Shown piece by piece: positions 1 to 8,029 of a DNA stretch of 37,439 nucleotides. The stretch is taken from positions 1 through 37,439 of the IMG/VR virus record IMGVR_UViG_3300045988_085122; one strand, given 5' to 3'. The notes beneath the pieces were generated by a model, which had not been told where the DNA came from, did no database searches, and saw only the letters and a program-made list of their open reading frames with translations. The first letter of the stretch is position 1. Each line of letters opens with the position of its first letter. This DNA is from a virus. The translations under genes were made by a program, and so were the position numbers.

Positions 1-735
1 CTTTTTTTTGGCTGTTTCACACATTTTTTTCTCAACTTCAAAACCGTATGCACTGCGATTCAATTCAGCTGCAGCTCTTAACGTGCTGCCACTACCTGCA
101 CATGGATCAATTACAACATCTCCCGGGTCGGTAAAGATTTCAATCAGGCGCCTTAGCACTGGTATCGGCTTTTGTGTGGCGTGAATTTTAGGATAAGCAT
201 TATCAACTATCCAAGGGAAATGATCTACAATCATACGCCCATCATTGTTGAATTTGGGCAGCTTATCACAATACAACACCAGGGCGTATTCGGTAGCTCC
301 CACAATCTTCATATTTGCTTTTAGCACTTGTGAACTCGTTTTTTTGTTAAAAGTCAATGGAAAGGCGTGTTTAAAGCCTTCTTTCTTCGCCTGTTCTGCT
401 AGCATGTTGATTTGCTGCCAACCACAAAACACGATCATAGCTGGAGCCTTGCCAACTTCCTTTGGTTCTTTTTTTAAAAGCTTTCTGGCAAACTTCATGA
501 AGTTAATAACATTGAAGTTTTCATCACGATTAAACGCCATAGAGTTCGCATTCTCACTTTCTCCGTTTTTGCCGTCTCCCCCAACATACCAATCTGAACG
601 ACTGGCGTAAAAATTATTTCCGATATTGTAAGGGATATCTGCAATAATCAATTGTGCCTTCGGTATGTTGTACCTTTTAAAATTTTCAAAATTATCGTTA
701 TATAGTTCTACTTTAGTTTTGATTTCTCTCTTCAT
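1..735 (-). CDS. DNA methyltransferase, N4/N6 class (motif IV before motif I); N-terminal and central part, gene wraps the window end
   Basis: Reverse translation gives MMKREIKTKVELYNDNFENFKRYNIPKAQLIIADIPYNIG (DPPY-like motif IV, here DIPY) and, further on, AGSGSTLRAAAELNR (AdoMet-binding motif I). Start ATG at 733-735 is preceded by GGAATTG. Positions 1-99 repeat 37341-37439, so the C-terminus continues at the window end. Confidence 0.85.
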   Translation of the reverse strand, partial: MKREIKTKVELYNDNFENFKRYNIPKAQLIIADIPYNIGNNFYASRSDWYVGGDGKNGESENANSMAFNRDENFNVINFMKFARKLLKKEPKEVGKAPAMIVFCGWQQINMLAEQAKKEGFKHAFPLTFNKKTSSQVLKANMKIVGATEYALVLYCDKLPKFNNDGRMIVDHFPWIVDNAYPKIHATQKPIPVLRRLIEIFTDPGDVVIDPCAGSGSTLRAAAELNRSAYGFEVEKKMCETAKKK

Positions 736-1153
736 CATTTTTCAATTCCTTTACTTTAATTTCAACTTCTATTCTTGGCTCATCTGAGTAATATTTGTCA
801 ATTTCTTCGTGAACGATCATCGCGTCATCTGCCCATAAAACACCGTTTAAGGCGTCTTCAAACGACTTAAGGTAATTAGACAGGTCGGGCTTTACAATTG
901 GTCTGCGTGCTCCTGAGACCCGTCTATCGTGTTCTTTCTTAGATACATTCTTTTGAACCTTCCGATAAAAAGCCACCTTGAGATAAATCTCACCTTCAAG
1001 TGGTGCATCATGATACGTTTCTGCTGCCAATGCTCGCAACTGTTTCTTGAATTTAGCCGTTTTAGGTGGATCATACATTCGAATAAATTTGCCACGCCCT
1101 GTTGCTCTAGGCCGTTCTTGTTGCTGTGGTTCAATGTTGAATATCAATTCCAT
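713..1153 (-). CDS. rusA: RusA-family Holliday junction resolvase
   Basis: 146 aa. KPDLSNYLKSFEDALNGVLWADDAMIV matches the RusA catalytic D-x-D-N/K region. It overlaps the methyltransferase start by 23 nt. Confidence 0.75.
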   Translation of the reverse strand: MELIFNIEPQQQERPRATGRGKFIRMYDPPKTAKFKKQLRALAAETYHDAPLEGEIYLKVAFYRKVQKNVSKKEHDRRVSGARRPIVKPDLSNYLKSFEDALNGVLWADDAMIVHEEIDKYYSDEPRIEVEIKVKELKNDEERNQN

Positions 1154-1324
1154 GTTTCTCTACCTCCTTGAAGCCCATATAACGTCGTTTAAGACGTTTA
1201 ACGTGTTTTTGGTATATTTATACTAGGACAGGTTTTAAATTGCTCTAGCATACCTTTTTGCGCGTCTGGTGTGCTCTTTTTTCAATATGTTATCGCCCTT
1301 GTGGTTCAATGTTGAATACTATCT

Positions 1325-1552
1325 TCATTTGTCCGCATACAACCTTTTATTTAGTATATTTAGTGGCTTTTTCTTTGAATTAATTTCTTCTGAAATTTCA
1401 TCTCCACGCTTGGCGTATCCTCCTACATAAAGGCTCTTTTCGTTATCTTTTGAATATCCAACGTCCTTACTAATTCGCATTGTGTTTCTATTTGAATACG
1501 TTATTCCGTTCATAGCTGCCTCCTTAAATCTTGATTCCATACTTTCTTGCAA
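1325..1552 (-). CDS. hypothetical small phage protein
   Basis: 75-aa ORF in a run of four small, overlapping or abutting minus-strand ORFs typical of phage early regions; the true start may be an internal Met. Confidence 0.4.
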   Translation of the reverse strand: MQESMESRFKEAAMNGITYSNRNTMRISKDVGYSKDNEKSLYVGGYAKRGDEISEEINSKKKPLNILNKRLYADK

Positions 1553-1751
1553 GTTCTCCTATCTCTCCTAAAAGTCTAGTCCTTTCAATTTCCATACCTT
1601 GCTTAATATACTTATGCTTTAAGAATTCCTGTGCTTTGTTCTCACCTTCTGCATCAAGCAATCGTTCAAACGTTTCTTTATCAGCCTTATAATAAGCATC
1701 CTTGATCTGTGCTAACATATCCTGCTGACCTTGTTCATATTTATCAATCAT
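1524..1751 (-). CDS. hypothetical small phage protein
   Basis: 75-aa ORF; its start overlaps the stop of the upstream ORF, suggesting translational coupling. Confidence 0.45.
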   Translation of the reverse strand: MIDKYEQGQQDMLAQIKDAYYKADKETFERLLDAEGENKAQEFLKHKYIKQGMEIERTRLLGEIGELARKYGIKI

Positions 1752-1962
1752 GCAAATCTTCCTCCTTATTTTCTCTTAGTTCTTCAAAAACTGAACCATC
1801 GCTATACGACAAGCCCCTTAAAACATCAGCTTGTAAACGTCTAGCCTCTTTAATCTCATCTTTAAATCTAGCTTGATTAAAATTTCTAAATTCAACGTTC
1901 ATTTGCTCTCTAGCCATTCTTAGTAAACCGATAGCCATATCTAGTTTTTTCTTGTTGTCCAT
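1744..1962 (-). CDS. hypothetical small phage protein
   Basis: 72-aa ORF that overlaps its neighbours by a few nt. Confidence 0.45.
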   Translation of the reverse strand: MDNKKKLDMAIGLLRMAREQMNVEFRNFNQARFKDEIKEARRLQADVLRGLSYSDGSVFEELRENKEEDLHD

Positions 1963-1964
1963 TC

Positions 1965-2156
1965 CTAGCCCTCCATTTGTCTTTGTGCTTCTTTACTCAC
2001 AATCAAGTAAGGCCTTGTATTGTGTATCAACTCCACAAGTTCCACTTCTTGGCCAACCTTAAGCACAGGCTTGTTTTCAAACAGATAACGGAACTTGACT
2101 CCTCCGATCGTGTATGTGATTTCGTTATAGTCTAGCATCATCTTTTCTACTCTCAT
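1965..2156 (-). CDS. hypothetical small phage protein
   Basis: 63-aa ORF immediately downstream of the helicase-loader gene, with a 4-nt ATGA-type overlap. Confidence 0.45.
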   Translation of the reverse strand: MRVEKMMLDYNEITYTIGGVKFRYLFENKPVLKVGQEVELVELIHNTRPYLIVSKEAQRQMEG

Positions 2157-2974
2157 ACTGCAACGCTCCTATAATCCTTTATACTGTCTTTAAATAAAAT
2201 ATAATTACCTCTTGCGTGTTTTCTAAGCCTTGATATAGTTTGTTCACTGTAAAGATTGACTAATTCTTTAGGTGGAACATTAGTAGTGACAATCACGTCT
2301 TTATCTTCCCTAAACCGCATGATTTCATTAAAGACTTCCTTGTTCCAACCACTATTCATTTGGCTTTCTGTCCCAATATCATCAACGATCAATAAATCCG
2401 CTTGCTTAGCTTTATGAATAGCCTTATCTACTTTTTTACGTGCCTCACTGTCGTTAATTCCTAATCTTTGAGTAGATACAAGCAATGGATAGTCAATGAA
2501 TACAACGCTCCTCTTATATCCGGTCAAGCGCCATACTTCGTTGATAATAGATACTGCTATTCTTGTTTTACCGCGTCCTGAACTTCCGGAAAATAACGAA
2601 TGTACTGGACTATGTTGTGGCTTTGATATCCTGTTAGCTATATCTTTAGCAATTCTGGCGACTTCCTTGATATCGTTTGAATAAAGATTCAAGTTATTAA
2701 ACGTTGCCCCCATCATCTTTAGGCTTGGCAAAATAGAATTGTCTAAGAATGCTCCTGTAGCTTTGTTTTTCTGGGCCTCTACGCTCCACGTTTCTTCTGT
2801 ATTGTTTTTCCTTAAGTTTCTGTCGCTGTATGCACAAGTTGGACACGTTGGTGGAACTGTTTGCTTCGCTTTAGGCACTAGCAACTTACCCCCACATTGT
2901 GGGCAATCTCCAACTTCAATAAATATTCTTTTCATCATTTGAGAAAAAATATCTCCTGTTGTTTTAATCGCCAA
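2153..2974 (-). CDS. DnaC/IstB-like AAA+ helicase loader with N-terminal zinc ribbon
   Basis: 273 aa. Walker A GSSGRGKT, Walker B LLIVDDIG, and N-terminal CPQCGG...CPTC. It lies directly downstream of the replication initiator. Confidence 0.8.
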   Translation of the reverse strand: MAIKTTGDIFSQMMKRIFIEVGDCPQCGGKLLVPKAKQTVPPTCPTCAYSDRNLRKNNTEETWSVEAQKNKATGAFLDNSILPSLKMMGATFNNLNLYSNDIKEVARIAKDIANRISKPQHSPVHSLFSGSSGRGKTRIAVSIINEVWRLTGYKRSVVFIDYPLLVSTQRLGINDSEARKKVDKAIHKAKQADLLIVDDIGTESQMNSGWNKEVFNEIMRFREDKDVIVTTNVPPKELVNLYSEQTISRLRKHARGNYILFKDSIKDYRSVAV

Positions 2975-3779
2975 AAAATCGCCTCATTTCTTCTTCTTCG
3001 GATAGATACGTCCATTGTTTGGCATCATATCCAGCAGCATTACCTTTTTTAGCTTGTTTGTTATATTTGCTTTCTTTGTTCTTCTCAAATCGTTCTTGAT
3101 CTGCTTTCAAATCCTCAATGTTGTATATACGGTTGTCATACCAACGCTTTAAAATTGCTTTGATATAACTGATACTCCTAACACCTTTATCAAGTGCCAT
3201 TTTGATTGACTCAAGTATCATTTCTTTAGGTTGTTTAGATACTTCTGACCAATCTTCATAAATAGCTTGAATTTCTTCATAGAGATAAGGGGATAGACTG
3301 CCAACGTTTGACTCCCAAAACTCATATATTGATCCAATTTCAGTTGGTCCAGTAGTAGTAGTTATATTATTATTAGTATTGTTATTATTAGTATTGTTAT
3401 TATTAGTACTTGTTAGTGTGCGATTTTCCAACATACGATTATCCAATATAGGATTTTCGCATATAGGTTTTTCGCATATAGGTTTTAACATGGAGTTGTC
3501 AGATAATACCCATTCATTTCCTTTAAATTTGCCTTGCTCGCCTCTTACTCTTTGGCGTTTTAAATACCCTTGTTGTTCTAACTCTTTCAATCCACTTTTT
3601 AGGCTAGATAATCCGTCTGTTGAATGCCTTGCGACTTCCGATTCGTAAAAATCCCATTCATCATTTTGGGACCAAAGATAAGCAAACAGCCCTTTAGCTT
3701 TCCATGATAAATTTGTGTTGCTTAGTACTGCATTATTAACTATTGTAAAGCCCTTCTGATATCGTTTCTTTATTCTCAT
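2964..3779 (-). CDS. phage replication initiator / replisome organizer with DnaD-like C-terminal domain
   Basis: 271 aa. N-terminus MRIKKRYQKGFTIVNNAVL...AKGLFAYLWSQ (replisome-organizer-like) and C-terminal DnaD-like domain (YIKAILKRWYDN). An internal low-complexity N/T linker and ENPILDNRMLENRTL repeats are encoded by tandem 15-mers. Confidence 0.8.
   Translation of the reverse strand: MRIKKRYQKGFTIVNNAVLSNTNLSWKAKGLFAYLWSQNDEWDFYESEVARHSTDGLSSLKSGLKELEQQGYLKRQRVRGEQGKFKGNEWVLSDNSMLKPICEKPICENPILDNRMLENRTLTSTNNNNTNNNNTNNNITTTTGPTEIGSIYEFWESNVGSLSPYLYEEIQAIYEDWSEVSKQPKEMILESIKMALDKGVRSISYIKAILKRWYDNRIYNIEDLKADQERFEKNKESKYNKQAKKGNAAGYDAKQWTYLSEEEEMRRFFGD
3366..3410. repeat. tandem 15-bp repeat (attattagtattgtt, about 2.5 copies) inside the replication initiator gene
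   Basis: Visible as attattagtattgtt attattagtattgtt attattagtact, with more attatta units just upstream; encodes the N/T-rich stretch. Confidence 0.8.
3446..3487. repeat. tandem 15-bp repeat (atataggdttttcgc, about 2.7 copies) inside the replication initiator gene; candidate iterons/ori
   Basis: atataggattttcgc atataggtttttcgc atataggtttt, preceded by the degenerate copy acatacgattatccaatataggatttt. Confidence 0.75.
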
Positions 3780-4134
3780 TTCTTACCATCCCTTTCCATT
3801 CACTTAATAGCTTGGCCCCTTTGCTACTATTGCATCTTCTACAAGCCATAACTAAATTTTTATCTTCGTTGTTCCCACCTTTAGCTATTGGAATAACATG
3901 ATCCACGCAAGTATCAGAAGCTTCTAGAGTTAATTGCTTACCACAATACGCACATTTACCGTTGCATTTTTTCAAAAGTCCTCTTTCTTTTAGGCTTTGA
4001 AATTTTAGGCCTTTTTCCTTTTTCATAACCAAATTAACATGGTATTCGTGCAATGCTTTATTGTATAAGCTAGATTCTTCTGTTGAAAATACTCTTTGAT
4101 GTTTGAACTTATTTATAATTTCTATGCAATCCAT
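3736..4134 (-). CDS. HNH endonuclease
   Basis: 132 aa. CAYCGKQL...CVDHVIPIAKGGNNEDKNLVMACRRCNSSKG is a classic HNH motif with Cys pairs. Confidence 0.85.
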   Translation of the reverse strand: MDCIEIINKFKHQRVFSTEESSLYNKALHEYHVNLVMKKEKGLKFQSLKERGLLKKCNGKCAYCGKQLTLEASDTCVDHVIPIAKGGNNEDKNLVMACRRCNSSKGAKLLSEWKGMVRNENKETISEGLYNS

Positions 4135-4197
4135 TTCTTTTCACCTCTCTAATGGGCTTCCCACCCATCCGGCATTGTAAGTTCACTGACTTGTTTT

Positions 4198-4386
4198 CTA
4201 AAAGATTATATCTTTACCTTCGTTTTCTAGGATAAAGCTGGATAGCTTTTCTTGTGCAGCTTCCAATTTTGGTAGCCAAGCTTCAAAATTCTCTTTCCCT
4301 AGATCTACTGGCACTCCTCCTTGGAAAAGAAGTATTTTGTAAGCACTAATATCTGTCTTCAATGTAATTAATTCACCTAATGTCAT
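4198..4386 (-). CDS. hypothetical protein
   Basis: 62-aa ORF overlapping the downstream gene's start; no recognisable motif. Confidence 0.4.
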   Translation of the reverse strand: MTLGELITLKTDISAYKILLFQGGVPVDLGKENFEAWLPKLEAAQEKLSSFILENEGKDIIF

Positions 4387-5038
4387 TGTTTATCACTCCT
4401 AATTTAAGCTGTTTTGCTATATCTTCTGTAATCTTGATAGGCCTTATATGGTACTTCATAAAAAAGCTCTTAACGCCCATTTTGTGCTGCTCTGTGTGGT
4501 GTTCTCTGCATAAGGTCATAATGTAGTTGCCAACGTGGCTGATCTTATTTCGATTTCTGCCAGCACCTACCGCATGATAATGTGCAATATCTGCATGCTT
4601 GCCACACAACACACAGCGCTTATTTTTAAGGCACAACATTTGTTTCGGAAACTCGCTTGGTAAACTATCCCATGTTTTAGTTTTGAAAGGTATATCTTCT
4701 TCAAACAAGAAATTTAAAATTACTAAGATCATGTAATTAGCTACCGATACGGAACAATCAGACAAACTGAATTCTGGTATTCCAAATGTTTCTCTTACTT
4801 GATATTTGAATACTGATTCCCAGTATTCTGGAACGTCTCCAGTGTAAGAACATAGATCGTTAATCAATGCAAATATTTTCTTACGTTGTTCTGGGCTTAT
4901 CTTCCTGTTATCAGCCATTTTCAGCTCGACTGTGGGCCGTTTCCCGTTAGCAAGTCTATTTACCTTGGCCATATCTAAATCTTCGTCAAGAACGATTTTA
5001 AGCACGTTTCCTTGCATACCGATCAACTTGCCAAACAT
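4373..5038 (-). CDS. DUF968-like phage protein with C-terminal HNH-like zinc-binding motif
   Basis: 221 aa. C-terminal CVLCGKHADIAHYHAVGAGRNRNKISHVGNYIMTLCREHHTEQHKMG. It sits next to ERF where phages often place ssb- or nuclease-associated genes. Confidence 0.55.
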   Translation of the reverse strand: MFGKLIGMQGNVLKIVLDEDLDMAKVNRLANGKRPTVELKMADNRKISPEQRKKIFALINDLCSYTGDVPEYWESVFKYQVRETFGIPEFSLSDCSVSVANYMILVILNFLFEEDIPFKTKTWDSLPSEFPKQMLCLKNKRCVLCGKHADIAHYHAVGAGRNRNKISHVGNYIMTLCREHHTEQHKMGVKSFFMKYHIRPIKITEDIAKQLKLGVINNDIR

Positions 5039-5703
5039 TATTTATTAGCCTCGTTTTCTATGAGTCCTTTTAAAATCATGATTCCATGTTTTAACTTATC
5101 TTCTGACTTCGTATCGTTAGGAAACATTTTCCCAATTTGTTCAGTAACTTGTGATTTTAATGTGGCTTTATCTGTTTCTAACGTCTTTAATGCTTTATTG
5201 AATAAACTGTTATATGTTGCAATTTCTGGGTTTACCTGTTTCTGTTGTACTTGCTGCCTCGGTTGTGGGTAGCTTTGCTGATAGTTTCCTTTTGCTTGTG
5301 TTTTAAAGCTTCCACTCCCAACGTTTCCATCATCATCAACATCTGAACTAACTCCGAAAGCTGACGATAGTTGATAGCGTTTGGCGTAGGTGATGGTGGA
5401 CCCATAACCTTGTGGGGTTGCTTTTTCTGGTCGCAAGGCAAGAACTCCAGTAGTAAGATATTGTCCGCTTTCGTGAGTAATAATTGTTTCAACTCCTACA
5501 TTGCCGTTATCGTCGTTTTTGACGATTTGAGTATATGCAAGCCCTGTTCCTTTGATGGCTGCATCTATCGCGTTTTGAACGCCTTCAAGTGTTACATAAT
5601 TAGATTTAAAGAATGGATTCTTTGCATCCTTTACTGGCTGTTTTAATTGGCTTCTGAAAGTATTCATGCCTTTAAACAGCTTGTCTAAATTTTCACTTTG
5701 CAT
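5038..5703 (-). CDS. erf: ERF-family single-strand annealing protein (recombinase)
   Basis: 221 aa. NPFFKSNYVTLEGVQNAIDAAIKGTGLAYTQ followed by GVETIITHESGQ matches the ERF superfamily core; the C-terminal region is Q-rich and low-complexity. Confidence 0.7.
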   Translation of the reverse strand: MQSENLDKLFKGMNTFRSQLKQPVKDAKNPFFKSNYVTLEGVQNAIDAAIKGTGLAYTQIVKNDDNGNVGVETIITHESGQYLTTGVLALRPEKATPQGYGSTITYAKRYQLSSAFGVSSDVDDDGNVGSGSFKTQAKGNYQQSYPQPRQQVQQKQVNPEIATYNSLFNKALKTLETDKATLKSQVTEQIGKMFPNDTKSEDKLKHGIMILKGLIENEANK

Positions 5704-5705
5704 TG

Positions 5706-6374
5706 CTATTTGTCCTCCTTAGGTTTCTTGATCGATACTGATACATAAGCGGGTTTAGTTACTGGATTAGCTCCATCTATAACTTCGCCTGTTTCTGTAT
5801 CAATCACTTTATTTCCGATAACTGATAAACGTTTCTTTAAATCGCCTTTATACAAGGTTGACTCAGTCTTAACTAAATCAGTTCCGTTGTACTTCTTGAT
5901 CAACTTTTCTTCGTCCAACTCAAAATCTAGTTTTTCTTTGTGGTTCACGAAGTTGCCAAATGGTGATTTGATCTTAGCTTTAGGATCTGCCATCATTTGT
6001 TTTTCGTGATATGCAAGTAAGGCGTTCTTAAGGCTATCTATCTTAAATTCTTCATATCTTATTTGATTTTCATAGAAGTTCTTAGTTTGCTTTATTTTGT
6101 CTTTCAAATTCTTAATCTTGCTTTGTTCGTCAAAAATTTGTTCAAACGTTAGCAATGCTTCTTCCATGCTTGTGATCTCATAAGCTTCTTTTTCAATTTC
6201 GAATTCTTCATTCAATTTATCTAGCATGTTTCTTCCTCCTAACTCACGTTCTAACCAACCTTGATTGTTAAGATATTTTTGCCCTTTACGTTCAAGGTAT
6301 CTATCGTCCGGCAAGACTATCGGATCTTTGCCGAATGAATATTCAATAGCTTTGTCTGTTTCCTGTCTGTCCAT
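5706..6374 (-). CDS. hypothetical phage protein (recombination module; possibly DUF1351-like)
   Basis: 222-aa ORF immediately upstream of erf in the transcription direction; charged and coiled-coil rich. Confidence 0.4.
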   Translation of the reverse strand: MDRQETDKAIEYSFGKDPIVLPDDRYLERKGQKYLNNQGWLERELGGRNMLDKLNEEFEIEKEAYEITSMEEALLTFEQIFDEQSKIKNLKDKIKQTKNFYENQIRYEEFKIDSLKNALLAYHEKQMMADPKAKIKSPFGNFVNHKEKLDFELDEEKLIKKYNGTDLVKTESTLYKGDLKKRLSVIGNKVIDTETGEVIDGANPVTKPAYVSVSIKKPKEDK

Positions 6375-6488
6375 TGCTTGTATCCTCCGTTAGTGGTATA
6401 CTTTAAGTAATTCAATTAACTAAACTCCTTAGAGAGTTATATCTTCTTTACGTCTAGTCCAAAACTTTATGCTCTGGGCTTTTTTGTT

Positions 6489-6602
6489 TCAATCAAAAAA
6501 TGTTCCATCTTTGATTGCATCTGCCACGCCATGTAGCGTGTATCCACCTAATACAGACAAGCCTATTAATACAATGTAACCCGCGGTTGTTAGTTCGATC
6601 AT
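6489..6602 (-). CDS. small hydrophobic peptide (37 aa), predicted membrane peptide
   Basis: MIELTTAGYIVLIGLSVLGGYTLHGVADAIKDGTFFD. RBS AGGTGA precedes it, and its ATG overlaps the stop of the preceding peptide (ATGA). It is below the ORF-track size cut-off. Confidence 0.35.
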   Translation of the reverse strand: MIELTTAGYIVLIGLSVLGGYTLHGVADAIKDGTFFD

Positions 6603-6697
6603 TTTCCATCACCTTCCTTACGTTTCTTGTTCCATCTATAAAGATCTACACTGCACGCAAATGCCATACATGCAAACATTCCGTATATGCACCACAT
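6599..6697 (-). CDS. small hydrophobic peptide (32 aa)
   Basis: MWCIYGMFACMAFACSVDLYRWNKKRKEGDGK, with RBS AAGGAGG 9 nt upstream; translationally coupled to the next peptide. Confidence 0.3.
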   Translation of the reverse strand: MWCIYGMFACMAFACSVDLYRWNKKRKEGDGK

Positions 6698-6710
6698 ATC
6701 ATTTACCTCC

Positions 6711-7439
6711 TTAAAATAGATTTTCTTGTGCATTTCTAAGCTCTATTTCTTCTTTTAGTTCAAATGGTGGATACCAGTTGCCAATAAAGTTTTTAGCTTT
6801 ATCAAAATATCTCATTGGCGTATCTACGTATTGACTTACATCAAAACGATTTCTAAAGGATTTAAATAATTCTTTATAGATTTTTGAGCGTAAGCTCTTG
6901 TCTTTATACGAATTACTTTCGGCGCCTCCGCATATTTGAATGACCTTTTTATTTCTAGCTTTCGTAAGTTCTTTATTTCTTGAACTTGTTAAACCGGATA
7001 GATCCATGAGAAAATCAACTTTCTTTCCTTGTTCTTCAATTTTTTTATCTTGTCCTTGCATCACGTTGTTAAACATCAATGTCATTTCAGTTAGGTTAGT
7101 TGGAAGCCTGAATTGTGATTCGCTTTTAATCTGTTCTTCCATTTGATTAAATGCGTCAATGTATTTAAGCTTGAATTCATCTGCCTTACGTCCTGTAAAT
7201 CCCATTGCAATGAATGTGAAACCATCACGATTGAGATAGTACATTTTGTTTTGCTTGCCACTTTTATCTGTATACGTTGTTTCTGCAAACATCTTTTTGT
7301 ACTGAGCGGAATTTTCCGCTGAGTTAATTTTTGAACTAATTTTTTCTAAAACATCTCTGTGATTTTTATTAAATGCTTCTGCTAAAACCAGGCTTGTTGT
7401 TACTGCTTGTTGGTCGTACATGATTACTAAATTGTTCAT
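6711..7439 (-). CDS. phage regulatory protein Rha / antirepressor (Rha N-terminal domain plus C-terminal domain)
   Basis: 242 aa. N-terminus VTTSLVLAEAFNKNHRDVLEKI matches the Phage_pRha family. Confidence 0.75.
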   Translation of the reverse strand: MNNLVIMYDQQAVTTSLVLAEAFNKNHRDVLEKISSKINSAENSAQYKKMFAETTYTDKSGKQNKMYYLNRDGFTFIAMGFTGRKADEFKLKYIDAFNQMEEQIKSESQFRLPTNLTEMTLMFNNVMQGQDKKIEEQGKKVDFLMDLSGLTSSRNKELTKARNKKVIQICGGAESNSYKDKSLRSKIYKELFKSFRNRFDVSQYVDTPMRYFDKAKNFIGNWYPPFELKEEIELRNAQENLF

Positions 7440-7451
7440 TTGTGTTCCTCC

Positions 7452-7736
7452 TTAAATTTCAAAATTTTCTTTTAAGAAACGTCTAACTTCTTCGCGATCA
7501 AACCGAATTGAACCGGTTGACCATATTTGTTTCTTCAAGCCCATGGCAATCCATTTATTTAAACGATCCTGTCCTATGCCTAAGGATTGCTTAAGTTGTT
7601 CTTGAGTTGGATAAGGTGGCAAATCGTATGTGTCAGTCATTAGATTCATACGTGCATCAAACGCCTTGAGTGCTTGACTGACAATTTCGTTTGCCACTTC
7701 CTTCGCCTCAATTTTTATCGGAACTGTAACTTCCAT
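7452..7736 (-). CDS. small DNA-binding protein (HTH, excisionase/MerR-like fold candidate)
   Basis: 94 aa. SLGIGQDRLNKWIAMGL looks like a helix-turn-helix. It is the second gene of the rightward early operon. Confidence 0.5.
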   Translation of the reverse strand: MEVTVPIKIEAKEVANEIVSQALKAFDARMNLMTDTYDLPPYPTQEQLKQSLGIGQDRLNKWIAMGLKKQIWSTGSIRFDREEVRRFLKENFEI

Positions 7737-7797
7737 GAATTACACCTCCTTTTTTTCGATCAGCTCTTCAATAACTCTTGCTCCAATGTAATCCCGC

Positions 7798-7826
7798 CTT
7801 TAATTAAACATATCGTTTAACTTTAG
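7798..7826. promoter_or_regulatory. copy 1 of the 29-bp repeat cctttaattaaacatatcgtttaacttta, containing the inverted repeat TTAAAC-N5-GTTTAA; candidate operator
   Basis: Identical 29-mer to the one at 8039-8067; lies between the cro stop and the next gene. Confidence 0.6.
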
Positions 7827-8029
7827 CTTAAAATTTTTTCAAGTGGAACGTTTAAAAAACGTGCCGTCTTGATTGCTATTTCAACACTTAAGTTCCTACT
7901 TCCGTTTAATAATTGGCTTAAGTATGTAGTTGTAACTCCAATATTTTCAGCCACAAACTTTTGTTTCAAACCTCTACTCTCAAGCTCTTCTTTTAAAATA
8001 GAGTTTGCATTTTCTTTCAACAAGGTCAT
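7823..8029 (-). CDS. cro: Cro-like XRE-family HTH repressor
   Basis: 68 aa. KQKFVAENIGVTTTYLSQLLNG is an XRE HTH. The gene is divergent from cI and carries the RBS AAAGGAGGTGAG. Confidence 0.8.
   Translation of the reverse strand: MTLLKENANSILKEELESRGLKQKFVAENIGVTTTYLSQLLNGSRNLSVEIAIKTARFLNVPLEKILS

Noticed and set aside
1-99. Terminal direct repeats as genuine phage terminal redundancy or an IS boundary
   Set aside because: A conserved methyltransferase ORF reads seamlessly across the junction, which fits a circular representation (an assembly overlap) better than a biological terminal repeat.
245-610. Plus-strand 121-aa ORF
   Set aside because: Lies antisense to the methyltransferase gene, whose minus-strand translation contains clear motifs I and IV; the plus-strand product is low-complexity with no RBS.
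892-1171. Alternative-frame ORFs (892-1134 minus strand, 929-1171 plus strand) overlapping rusA
   Set aside because: Both lie completely inside the RusA-family ORF in other frames; RusA has the recognisable catalytic motif.
2496-2942. Plus-strand ORFs inside the DnaC-like gene (2496-2684, 2739-2942)
   Set aside because: Antisense to a gene with Walker A/B motifs; hydrophobic low-complexity translations typical of spurious antisense ORFs.
3361-3500. Possible CRISPR-like array from the regular 15-bp repeats
   Set aside because: Repeats are directly tandem with no spacers, lie inside a coding sequence and encode peptide repeats. No cas genes are present anywhere in the window.
3379-3648. Plus-strand ORF across the tandem repeats in the rep gene
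   Set aside because: Arises from the repeat DNA read antisense; the minus-strand initiator gene explains the region.
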